NCBI GenBank assembly: GCA_000830275.1 | Contig: CP010424.1 | Span: 60,001 to 92,000 of the forward strand | Source: an archaeon GW2011_AR10 | Lineage (GTDB): Archaea > Iainarchaeota > Iainarchaeia > Iainarchaeales > GW2011-AR10 | Direction of reading: 5' to 3' | DNA length: 32,000 bases | In this document: positions 7,872 through 15,359 of the stretch, piece by piece | Position numbering within the stretch: position 1 is the stretch's first letter | Layout: every line of letters begins with the position of its first letter | Translations under genes and position numbers: made by a program | The notes under the pieces: generated by a model | What the model was told of the DNA's origin: nothing | The model's database searches: none | The model's input: the letters and a program-made list of their open reading frames with translations, nothing else

Positions 7872-7970
7872 GGGGACGTAGTATAGTTTGGTCTAGTACC
7901 CAAGCTCGGGGGCTGTAAGACCTTTACAGCCGATTAGCTTGTAACCCCAGTTCAAATCTGGGCGTTCCCA
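7872..7970 (+). tRNA. tRNA-Pro(GGG) with a 24-nt canonical intron (7912-7935)
   Basis: Hand fold. Acceptor GGGGACG/CGTTCCC (one G.U) with discriminator A. D arm GTAT-AGTTTGGTCTA-GTAC. Anticodon stem CAAGC/GCTTG. Loop TC-GGG-GA. T arm CCCAG-TTCAAAT-CTGGG. BHB: TCGG(32-35) pairs with CCGA(7930-7933), bulges are GG|G and TT|A, and the intron hairpin is CTGTAA/TTACAG. Position 33 reads C rather than U. Confidence 0.72.
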
Positions 7971-7972
7971 CT

Positions 7973-8067
7973 TTCAAATCGTCGCGGCCCCATTAGCCGG
8001 TTGCGTCCGGTTGTGACGCGTAGTGGATGGTTTTCGCTTCGCTCAAACCATGGGTATGCCTTCAAAA
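7973..8067 (+). repeat. 95-nt direct repeat, copy 2 (orphan T-loop and acceptor remnant TTCAAATCGTCGCGGCCCCA plus trailer)
   Basis: It starts 3 nt after the tRNA-Pro(GGG) discriminator base and has 5 mismatches to copy 1. Confidence 0.9.
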
Positions 8068-8229
8068 ACGGAGAGCTCCGTTTACGAGCTGTAAGTGTCC
8101 CTTCTTCGAAGGGACAGTAATACTCCTCCGTTTACACTGTGTGGCATGTGAAGTGAAATGGAGCATGGCACTTGCTAGCTTCTTCCGCAAAATTGGAAGC
8201 TTTAAATATTTCAAAGTTGTTTCTTTTGT

Positions 8230-8526
8230 ATGCTGCCCAGAAAAAGGTTGCGGGAAAGGCAACCGCCAAAAGAGCGGCGTGAAAGGAACTTGGACAAAGT
8301 TTATGCAGTTAGACTACCAAGGGGAAAAGTTGTGCAAAGGCCGTTGTCTGTTGAGCTTGCTGATCCCGAAGCCAAAATAAGGAGGGAGCGTCGGTTTCTT
8401 ACTAGCGCGGCACTGGAAAAAGTGATGAAGCGCGGTTCAGGAGGAGAAGTATCTGGAACAGCAAGAGAGCTCTACAGGAACCTTGGAGTTGAGCACAGAA
8501 AGAAAAAAACAAGGCAAAAAAAGTAA
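8230..8526 (+). CDS. Hypothetical very basic small protein (98 aa); coding status uncertain
   Basis: ORF only. It is Arg/Lys-rich with no recognised motif. The upstream 8066-8230 region is hairpin-rich and could instead be RNA. Confidence 0.3.
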   Translation: MLPRKRLRERQPPKERRERNLDKVYAVRLPRGKVVQRPLSVELADPEAKIRRERRFLTSAALEKVMKRGSGGEVSGTARELYRNLGVEHRKKKTRQKK

Positions 8527-8553
8527 ACACTGAGTTTTGTTACAATTTGTTGA

Positions 8554-9054
8554 GTGCATTCAATGTTAAGTGAAAGTGTTTCTAAACCAAATAAAAAAGA
8601 TTTTAAGGAATCCACTGATTGGATTTCCTGCTGGGTGCTTCCAAAAAAAATCGGCTGGCCAGTTCTTATATTACTGGTTTTTTTTGATGCATTCATTACA
8701 ATTCAGGCTGGCAGCGAGTCAAACCCTCTTTGGAGGCCGCTGGCGGAAAAATTTGGGCTGAATTTTTTGTGGGCTGCCGCCTTAATTGTTTTGGCAATTT
8801 TCTTTGCAGCTACAAAAATTTTTGGGCGAATAGTTGAAAAAACAGAGCATTTTTCCCGCGGAGAAGAATTCATCCTAACCAATTTAGTAATTGTTTTTGC
8901 AACATACGACCTTTACATTGCTTTTTTGGTTCCAAGAATCGGTTATCTGGGAACAAGCACCCATTACGCAATTATTCCTGTATTGTTTATTCCGATACTG
9001 GCATACAATGTATTTGTTGAGCTTCAAAAGCGAAAGAGCTTAAAACAAATTTGA
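8554..9054 (+). CDS. Integral membrane protein (possibly DUF5658-like)
   Basis: It has four hydrophobic segments and FFDAFITIQAGSESNPLW, resembling the D..T...G..E.NP signature I recall for DUF5658. The likely start is ATG 8563. Confidence 0.5.
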   Translation: MHSMLSESVSKPNKKDFKESTDWISCWVLPKKIGWPVLILLVFFDAFITIQAGSESNPLWRPLAEKFGLNFLWAAALIVLAIFFAATKIFGRIVEKTEHFSRGEEFILTNLVIVFATYDLYIAFLVPRIGYLGTSTHYAIIPVLFIPILAYNVFVELQKRKSLKQI

Positions 9055-9077
9055 TTGCAATAAGTGCATAATGTGCC

Positions 9078-9098
9078 TTTGAAACAAATCCTTTTAAT
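9078..9098 (+). repeat. 21-nt exact direct repeat TTTGAAACAAATCCTTTTAAT, copy 1
   Basis: Identical to 9531-9551. It overlaps the stop codon (9094-9096) of the minus-strand wHTH gene. Confidence 0.9.
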
Positions 9099-9336
9099 CG
9101 GCGAGTTTAACAAGTTTTACTGCTCTTCCGTTTTTGATTATGGTTCTGGTTTTAACTGCTTTGGAGGCAATTAATGATTTTGCTGTTGAGTGGGCTTTTC
9201 CTGTTGACCAGTTCAATTCCTTTGCAATTTCGTAAACCGATAATTCGCCTTTTTCTTGTAAGTAAAGCATCAGCGTCCACTTGGGTTGCTTTGCAAGCTC
9301 CTTTTCAGCAGCCAAACTAAGCTGAATCGTTTTCAT
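9094..9336 (-). CDS. Small winged-helix (wHTH) DNA-binding protein
   Basis: 80 aa. LSVYEIAKELNWSTGKAHSTAKSLIASKAV followed by a beta-hairpin-like IIKNGRAVKLVKL fits a MarR/ArsR-like wHTH layout. The SD-like CAGGAGGT lies about 9 nt upstream of the ATG. Confidence 0.6.
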   Translation of the reverse strand: MKTIQLSLAAEKELAKQPKWTLMLYLQEKGELSVYEIAKELNWSTGKAHSTAKSLIASKAVKTRTIIKNGRAVKLVKLAD

Positions 9337-9357
9337 AACCTTAAACCTCCTGAAAAA

Positions 9358-9387
9358 AATAATATTATTGTTTTCATAATATTACTG
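9358..9387. promoter_or_regulatory. Palindrome AATAATATTATT (9358-9369) and direct repeat ATAATATTA(T/C)TG (9359-9370, 9376-9387) in the wHTH promoter region
   Basis: Seen directly. It lies 22-50 nt upstream of the minus-strand ATG at 9336. It could be a TATA box, an operator, or both. Confidence 0.3.
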
Positions 9388-9509
9388 TCATATTTAGGAA
9401 GGGAAGTAGTAAAAGCATTCATAAAAGTCGGCTACTTGAGAAAGCACAGGACTGACACTTTTTGTTGGACTGCTCAAGGTTTAGAATATGTAAAGTTGTT
9501 GCTTAAAAA

Positions 9510-11021
9510 ATGATTTTTTTGTTTTTGGTTTTTGAAACAAATCCTTTTAATTTCTCTCTTAAATTATGTTTACGTGGTTTAGTGGCAGAAAAAGAAGCCA
9601 GTGTTGAGGGAATCACTGTTAAGAAGGAAGTGGATTTCAGTGAGTGGTACAATCAGGTTGTGCTGAAAGCAGAGCTGGCTGATTATGCGCCTGTGCGCGG
9701 CTTCATGACAATCAGGCCAAGAGGCTATGCCATTTGGCAGGCAATCCAGGACTATTTTAACCAAGTTATAAAATCCAAGGGGGTTAGGAATGTTTACTTT
9801 CCCTTGCTTATCCCTGAAAGCTTTTTCAAGAAGGAATCAGAGCACGCTGAGGGCTTTGCACCTGAGCTCGCGTGGATTGAACGAAAGGAGGGGGATGAAG
9901 AGCGGGTTGCAATCAGGCCAACCAGTGAAACAATAATGTATGATGCTTTCGCCAAGTGGATTAGGAGCTGGAGGGATTTGCCGTTCCGCATCAACCAGTG
10001 GTGCAACATTCTTCGCTGGGAAGTAAAGCAAACCAAACTGTTTTTGCGCACCCGCGAGTTTTTGTGGCAGGAAGGCCATTGCGTTTACGAAACAGAGGGT
10101 GAATGCGTTAAGGAAGCATTAATGTTTTTAGGAGAGTACAAGAGGCTGGCAGAGGAACTGCTTGCAATTCCTGTTTTTGATGGAGAAAAAACCGAGCTTG
10201 AAAGGTTTGCAGGGGGAAAGGCCACTTTCACGCTTGAAGCCTTGATGCCTGACGGGAAAGCATTGCAGATGGGGACAAGCCATAATCTGGGCCAGAACTT
10301 TGCAAAAAGCTTTGGTTTAAAGTTTTTGAGCAGGAACGAAAAAGAACAGTTTGCGTGGCAGAACTCTTGGGGTTTTTCAACCAGGCTGATTGGTGCAGTG
10401 GTGATGGTGCACTCTGACAACAAAGGCCTAGTGCTGCCTCCAAGAATTGCAGAGCACAAGGCAGTGGTTGTGCCGATTATTTTTGAGAAAAACAGGGAAA
10501 AAGTTTTGAGGAAAGCCAAAGAGCTTGCAACACAATTAAAGGAAGTAAACGCATTCGTGGATGACCGGGATGCCTATTCTGCCGGCTGGAAATTCAATGA
10601 GTGGGAACTCAAAGGAATTCCCCTGAGAGTGGAGTTTGGGCCAAAGGATTTGGAGAAAAAACAGGCAGTGCTGGTGAGAAGGGACACTGGCAAGAAAACC
10701 ATTGTGAAGTGGTCTTCACTGAAAAAAGAGGTAAAAAAACAACTGGAAGAAATGCAGGAAAATTTGTTCAAAAAGGCTGAAAAGTTCTTGAAGGAAAGCA
10801 CGGTTGAAGTAAGCAGGTGGAATGAATTCAAGAGAGCTGTTTCAGAGAAGAAATTGGTTTTTGCTCCGTTTTGTGAGAAAACTGGGTGCGAGGAAGAAAT
10901 AAAGCGTGAAACAACTGCTACAAGCAGGTGCATTCCGTTCAACCAGAAAGAAGCAAAGCTTGAATGCGTTAAATGCGGTTCCGCTGCTTCAAGGAAAAGT
11001 TATTTTGCCAAATCCTACTAA
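9510..11021 (+). CDS. proS: Prolyl-tRNA synthetase, archaeal/eukaryotic type
   Basis: FSEWYNQVVLKAELADYAPVRGFMTIRPRGYAIW, class II motif region FLRTREFLWQEGH, an anticodon-binding domain, and a Cys-containing C-terminal domain ending ...FAKSY (the terminal Tyr is typical of this type). The first ~24 codons of the maximal ORF look non-native; the start is likely GTG 9582. Confidence 0.95.
   Translation: MIFLFLVFETNPFNFSLKLCLRGLVAEKEASVEGITVKKEVDFSEWYNQVVLKAELADYAPVRGFMTIRPRGYAIWQAIQDYFNQVIKSKGVRNVYFPLLIPESFFKKESEHAEGFAPELAWIERKEGDEERVAIRPTSETIMYDAFAKWIRSWRDLPFRINQWCNILRWEVKQTKLFLRTREFLWQEGHCVYETEGECVKEALMFLGEYKRLAEELLAIPVFDGEKTELERFAGGKATFTLEALMPDGKALQMGTSHNLGQNFAKSFGLKFLSRNEKEQFAWQNSWGFSTRLIGAVVMVHSDNKGLVLPPRIAEHKAVVVPIIFEKNREKVLRKAKELATQLKEVNAFVDDRDAYSAGWKFNEWELKGIPLRVEFGPKDLEKKQAVLVRRDTGKKTIVKWSSLKKEVKKQLEEMQENLFKKAEKFLKESTVEVSRWNEFKRAVSEKKLVFAPFCEKTGCEEEIKRETTATSRCIPFNQKEAKLECVKCGSAASRKSYFAKSY
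9531..9551 (+). promoter_or_regulatory. 21-nt repeat copy 2; likely the proS BRE/TATA (..CCTTTTAAT)
   Basis: The TATA-like TTTTAAT ends 31 nt upstream of the in-frame GTG at 9582, the plausible true proS start. Confidence 0.5.
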
Positions 11022-11024
11022 ATT

Positions 11025-11489
11025 TTATGAAAGATCCCTGGGCCTTGAAAAAATGCTTTTAAGTGGCAAAGACATTTCCTCAACTGTTGAGTTCTCGATT
11101 TTTTGGGATAGAATCCCTGTTGAATGGAAACCAAATTTGCCGTAAAGGCTTTTTGCAACACGATTTTCGGCTTTAACGATGAGCTTTATTTCTGAAACGT
11201 TTTTCTCTTTCAGGAAGTTTATGCCGAAATCAAGCAGGTGCTCACCTAAACGTTTGCCTCTCCTGTGTTTTACAACGCTTATTGCATTTACTCTCCCAAT
11301 GCTGTCAAGGAGCTCCAAGTCAACGAAACCAATAATACCGTTTCGTTCAACAAGCTTGAACAAAAAAATGTTAGGGTTTTCAAGCCTCTCCCTTAAATTT
11401 TCTACCGAGGAATTAAAATAGGAGAACTCCAATTCAATAAGCCTTTTTACTATTTCGAGGTCTTCTTTCTCTACTTCCGTTATGTTCAT
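11025..11489 (-). CDS. GNAT-family N-acetyltransferase (RimI/Ard1-like)
   Basis: Acetyl-CoA motif A VVKHRRGKRLGEHLL (R-x-x-G-x-G/A type) and YGKFGF near the C-terminus, in 154 aa. Confidence 0.8.
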   Translation of the reverse strand: MNITEVEKEDLEIVKRLIELEFSYFNSSVENLRERLENPNIFLFKLVERNGIIGFVDLELLDSIGRVNAISVVKHRRGKRLGEHLLDFGINFLKEKNVSEIKLIVKAENRVAKSLYGKFGFHSTGILSQKIENSTVEEMSLPLKSIFSRPRDLS

Positions 11490-12199
11490 CGCAGTGCACC
11501 TTTAAGGTATTGCTCTATTTCGTGGTCTGATACGGCGCAGCCGGCAAACTTCATTGCGTAAAGCGCGGCTTCAAGCGCATCCCTTGTGCGGCTGAACTCT
11601 TTCTGGAAATAGTTTTTTTCAAAAGCCAGGGCCATTAACTCAACGGAGCGAATGATTCTGGTTTTTCCGACAAAGTTTTTGAATAACTGAAGCGAATGCT
11701 TGTTAAGGCGCACTTTTTCAAAAAGCCTTTTTTCAAGAATTTTTTTCAGCTGCTGGGGTTCTTCAACAAGCATTCTGGTGGTTCTTTCGTCAATGACTAA
11801 TGCATCAGCGTGGGTTCTTTTAACCAGCGCAAGCGATTCAAGCTCGCCTTTATCCACGAGAATTATTTTTCCCCTGCTGGAGTAAGCGGTTTCGTTGGCT
11901 ATTTCGCTGAGCTCACTGATGAGTTTTCCCAGCTTTCTATCCTCTCTTGCAACCCTCAGCCAGCCCCTGTCCACTGCTTCCTTTATTCTTATGGCATTGA
12001 GCTCAAACTTTTTGATTTTCAGTGGCCTTGAAACGCTCTCAAAGTAAACCGATTCAGGGATGAGAAACTCCACATTCTCGTTTTCAGCCAGTTCCCCTAG
12101 AATGTTCATAAAGCATTTCTCTGAAATTGATATCAGGCTGCTGGAATCAAACACCAGTTTTTTCATTAAACCAACCTCAACTGAAAATTTCTCTTGCAA
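11486..12199 (-). CDS. PIN-like domain protein with a helical C-terminal extension
   Basis: KKLVFDSSSLISI (first acidic residue), FLIPESV, ILVDKGELESL and ALVIDERT give PIN-like spacing of acidic residues. The likely start is Met-12 (MKKLVFD). A 4-nt overlap couples it to the GNAT gene. Confidence 0.45.
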   Translation of the reverse strand: MQEKFSVEVGLMKKLVFDSSSLISISEKCFMNILGELAENENVEFLIPESVYFESVSRPLKIKKFELNAIRIKEAVDRGWLRVAREDRKLGKLISELSEIANETAYSSRGKIILVDKGELESLALVKRTHADALVIDERTTRMLVEEPQQLKKILEKRLFEKVRLNKHSLQLFKNFVGKTRIIRSVELMALAFEKNYFQKEFSRTRDALEAALYAMKFAGCAVSDHEIEQYLKGALR

Positions 12200-12728
12200 T
12201 CCCCATGCGGTCCTTCATTGAAAGCTTCACTGTTTCCTCATCGTGTATTTTTGTTATGCCGATATAGTTTTGCAGTTCCTTTTTGTCTGCTCCAGTAATT
12301 CTGGCGGCTTGGCTTAAGCTGAGGCCGCGAGCGTAAGCGGTTGAAGCAACCTTTATCCTGCCCTTGTCAGAAATGTTTCTAACGTAGTTGCCTAGGCTCC
12401 GGTCAACGGCTCTAACCCTGTTCACGATTGATGAAAGGTTCCGCTTGAAAAGGCCCTCATTCTTCTGCTGGATGATTTTTGTTGATGAATTAAGTGAAGC
12501 GGTTATCTCTTTTTTTGCTTTAACCCAGTTCGGGCTTTTAACCACATGCTCTTTTGAAACGAGCTTGCTGAGAGAATAGGCTGCAACCGCTACCTCTGCA
12601 AGCATTGGATCATTGTCTAAAACTGCTTCGCCTATTGCAGCATTGCTCAGCTTTTTAAGCCTGAAGGAATCAGCTGCCTGGAATGCTATCCTAAATTCGG
12701 TTAGGAGCCTGAGCAGAGGCGAAGGCAT
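12177..12728 (-). CDS. Hypothetical protein with a C-terminal HTH-like segment
   Basis: GLSLSQAARITGADKKELQNYIG resembles a helix-turn-helix. It overlaps the downstream PIN-like ORF by 23 nt (less if that gene starts at Met-12). Confidence 0.4.
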   Translation of the reverse strand: MPSPLLRLLTEFRIAFQAADSFRLKKLSNAAIGEAVLDNDPMLAEVAVAAYSLSKLVSKEHVVKSPNWVKAKKEITASLNSSTKIIQQKNEGLFKRNLSSIVNRVRAVDRSLGNYVRNISDKGRIKVASTAYARGLSLSQAARITGADKKELQNYIGITKIHDEETVKLSMKDRMGIAREIFS

Positions 12729-12817
12729 AGTATTCTTTTAGGGGCAAGGGCTATTTAATTGTTTTCAGCCTCTGTCAATCAGTCGGTTTTTTATTTAATA
12801 AACGCTTTATTAATTAG

Positions 12818-14155
12818 ATGAATTTAACCAAGAAAACCCTTTTTTTGGCTGTTTTACTGCTGTTTTTCCCGATTTATGCTAACTCGATTTCAGCCAACAA
12901 TGCGGTTTCCTTTGTAACCCAAGAAAACCATTTTTTGTTTGAGGATGAAGACTACCAGCTTCCAGTGGTTGAGATAACCCATGAAGGGAAAAAGTACTGG
13001 GTTATTCCAATTCTTTCAGGCAACACGCTTGTAACTTTTTTCCCGGTTAAATCTGAGGCAAAAGAGCTTTCCCTTTCAAAGCCTCTTAACAGGCAGCTGT
13101 TCAAAACCGCTGACACTCTTAGAAGCCTTTCAGTTGAAAAGGAGCGCATCTCCAAAAACCAGCAGGTTGACTGGCTTTTTGCCTCCAACTATGTTTTAAT
13201 TTTTGAGGAGCTTTCCCGCGGCCTTGAAAACGAGATATTTGAAATGAACATAATCGAGTCAACCCTAAACAATGCAGATGTTTCAAGCCAAGTGAACAGA
13301 ATGAACAGCTCCCTTTCCGCGATGAGCCTTAAATCCGGCGGCTTAACCCAAAGCATAACTGAAGCAATTGCAGCTGAAGCAGCTTTTGCTTCTGCTCCGG
13401 ATGCTCTCAGCGCTGCTAAACTGAAAGACGAATTTGATGACGCATTTGAAGAGCTTTTCTCTTTGAATGCTGACGCGTTAAGTTACCGCGACGAAATCCA
13501 AAAATTGAAGCAGCTTATTTCTGTGTCGGATGCGGATGCTGCAACAAAGGATTATCTGGTTTCCCTTGCAGACCCGCCTGCAGAATTCAACAATATTGGC
13601 AGGTATGTTACCAATGCCTTGAGCCTGCAGCAGGCAATTAATGGAATGTATGCAAACGTTGACTCAAGGGCTGATTCGCTGCTGGCTGAGTTCGAGTCAA
13701 GGGTTGAAAGAGACAAAGCCTTTAGGCTATTGTATTCCGAGAACACTTCTATTTCTCGGAGAACTGAAGGAGAGTTCTCTTCACTGCAGCAGATAGTAAA
13801 TTTTATTCTGGATGAAAACAACAGGCCTTACTGGAAAAACAAGGAACTTATCAGCGCAATGGAAAGCAAGTGGAGCCAGGCAGTAAGAAACTTTAACGAG
13901 AGAAACTATGCTTTGGCTGAAACCTTTGCAGAAAAAGCAGCCGATGATGCAGTGGCAATTTTTAATCAGGGCTTCATTGAAGCAGCTCAACCGCCATTGC
14001 TGCCCCAAGAGCTTATATTCCAGCTAGTAATTGCTTTGCTTGCTTTGCTTGCAATCCTTTATTTGTACAATAACAGGGGAAAAATAATTAAGTTTGTGAA
14101 GCAAGGCAGCGAAGAAGAAGAGGTGGAACTTAGTGCCTGGAAAGACAAGCCTTAA
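12818..14155 (+). CDS. Secreted surface protein with N-terminal signal peptide and C-terminal TM anchor (hypothetical)
   Basis: MNLTKKTLFLAVLLLFFPIYANS signal-like N-terminus. The C-terminal segment LIFQLVIALLALLAILYLY is followed by basic and acidic residues. Confidence 0.6.
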   Translation: MNLTKKTLFLAVLLLFFPIYANSISANNAVSFVTQENHFLFEDEDYQLPVVEITHEGKKYWVIPILSGNTLVTFFPVKSEAKELSLSKPLNRQLFKTADTLRSLSVEKERISKNQQVDWLFASNYVLIFEELSRGLENEIFEMNIIESTLNNADVSSQVNRMNSSLSAMSLKSGGLTQSITEAIAAEAAFASAPDALSAAKLKDEFDDAFEELFSLNADALSYRDEIQKLKQLISVSDADAATKDYLVSLADPPAEFNNIGRYVTNALSLQQAINGMYANVDSRADSLLAEFESRVERDKAFRLLYSENTSISRRTEGEFSSLQQIVNFILDENNRPYWKNKELISAMESKWSQAVRNFNERNYALAETFAEKAADDAVAIFNQGFIEAAQPPLLPQELIFQLVIALLALLAILYLYNNRGKIIKFVKQGSEEEEVELSAWKDKP

Positions 14156-14206
14156 GCACCAGCAGCAGAAAACCGCAGAGCATTGGCAGTGTTTTGAGTC
14201 AATTGC

Positions 14207-15274
14207 CTAACTGTAAATTTCAATTATGTCCTTGTTTTTTAGCCCGTATTCTCTTGCAACTCTTTGCCCGGGAAACTTGGATGAACCCCATACTCTAACA
14301 TACCTTAGGTTTTCTAGGAAGTCCTTGTGAACTGTTTTGGCAACTTCCTCCACTGTCGAGCCTTTCTTCAATACAAGGGGCTCTTTCAGGTCTGCTTCAT
14401 GCCCCGGCTTCTTTGTGAAAACAATTATTTTTTCAAGCAAAAGAAAAATTTTTTCCTTAAGCTCTTCAATGCCATAATGTTTTCCCCTTTCAACTGTTAA
14501 GGAGTTCTTGTAAACGATTTTTTCGTTGAGCACTTGGGCTATTTTTTCAATTGTTGTTGGCTCCATTAACAGGACACTCACGTTAAATACCCCGAACTGC
14601 TTCAACATGTCCCTCACGTCCTGTTCTTTTACCTTCAAGTATTTTTTTCCAGTAATGGTAATGCCCCTGAATTTTGATGCTTTGATTTCAATCAGTGGTT
14701 TTTTTTGCCCGGCAATTATGTCAGCTTTCCTCAGCTCGTTTAGCAGAATTTTTTCCTCTTCTTTGCCGTTCACAACCAAAACAATTGCGTCAGCATTCCT
14801 TATCAGTGAAAGCAATTGGGTGCCCTGTGCTTTTCCTTCGCTGGAACCCTCAATCAGGGCGGGAATCTCTACCAGCTGCACTAGTGCGCCGTTATAGTTC
14901 ATTGTTCCAACTTCCGGCTTTTTTGTGGTGAAAGGATATGAGGCAATCTCCACTTTAATGCCTGTGAGCTTTTTAAGCAAAGTGCTCTTGCCGGAATTGG
15001 GCATTCCAACCAAAACAATTTGGCCTGCACCGCTTTTTTTAACGTTGATGCTCGGCCCTCTTCCTGCCTTTGAAGCCTGTGCTTTTTCCTTTTCAACGTC
15101 CTTCCTTAGTTTTGCTATTTTTCTGGTTATTTCCCTGCGGAGGTTCTCAGTGCCCTTGTGTTTTGGCACAGTTTTCATCATTTCGCTCAGTGCCAGAAGC
15201 TTTTCCTGTGTAGTGCTGGCATTCCTGTATTTTTCCTCCGCTTTAACGTATTCCACTCCAGGATTAACAGGCAT
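14207..15274 (-). CDS. DRG/OBG-family GTPase with C-terminal TGS domain
   Basis: G1 motif LVGMPNSGKSTLL, YPFTT (G2 region), and a C-terminal TGS-like segment VFTKKPG...PLVLKKGSTVEEVAKTVHKDF...VRVWG. Confidence 0.9.
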   Translation of the reverse strand: MPVNPGVEYVKAEEKYRNASTTQEKLLALSEMMKTVPKHKGTENLRREITRKIAKLRKDVEKEKAQASKAGRGPSINVKKSGAGQIVLVGMPNSGKSTLLKKLTGIKVEIASYPFTTKKPEVGTMNYNGALVQLVEIPALIEGSSEGKAQGTQLLSLIRNADAIVLVVNGKEEEKILLNELRKADIIAGQKKPLIEIKASKFRGITITGKKYLKVKEQDVRDMLKQFGVFNVSVLLMEPTTIEKIAQVLNEKIVYKNSLTVERGKHYGIEELKEKIFLLLEKIIVFTKKPGHEADLKEPLVLKKGSTVEEVAKTVHKDFLENLRYVRVWGSSKFPGQRVAREYGLKNKDIIEIYS

Positions 15275-15359
15275 ACTTAATTCACTCCTAAAAAGTGTTT
15301 TAAAAGTAGGCTAACGCGGCGTGAACCTTCTGGCTTCAGCCTGTGAGTAGTTCAAATAA

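Noticed and set aside
7215-8067. The direct repeats containing a tRNA 3' end as attL/attR of an integrated element.
   Set aside because: The bracketed segment is only about 660 bp (a DUF1761 gene plus a tRNA). No integrase or element genes are present. Most of the repeat (75 nt) lies downstream of the tRNA rather than inside it. A local duplication or recombination scar is more parsimonious.
8066-8300. A known housekeeping RNA (RNase P RNA or SRP 7S RNA) in the hairpin-rich gap.
   Set aside because: I could not find the conserved RNase P CR-I/CR-V sequences (GGAAAGTCC..., ACNNRA...GCTTA-like) or an SRP domain IV motif. This needs a covariance-model scan to exclude properly.
8027-8380. 117-aa ORF (and the antisense ORF 8062-8262) in the tRNA-trailer and hairpin region.
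   Set aside because: It begins inside the 95-nt repeat, is Cys/Phe/Lys-rich with low complexity, overlaps strong hairpins, and has no promoter or SD in a sensible position. It is treated as non-coding.
8421-8534. GTGATGA (8421-8427) and CTGA (about 8531) as the C and D boxes of an sRNA.
   Set aside because: The boxes are about 110 nt apart, far beyond the 50-70 nt archaeal C/D RNA size. There are no internal D' or C' boxes and no terminal stem.
11916-11923. CTGATGAG (hammerhead ribozyme core-like) on the plus strand inside the PIN-like gene.
   Set aside because: There is no nearby GAAA/CGAAAC element or flanking helices to complete a hammerhead. A single 8-mer inside coding sequence is expected by chance.
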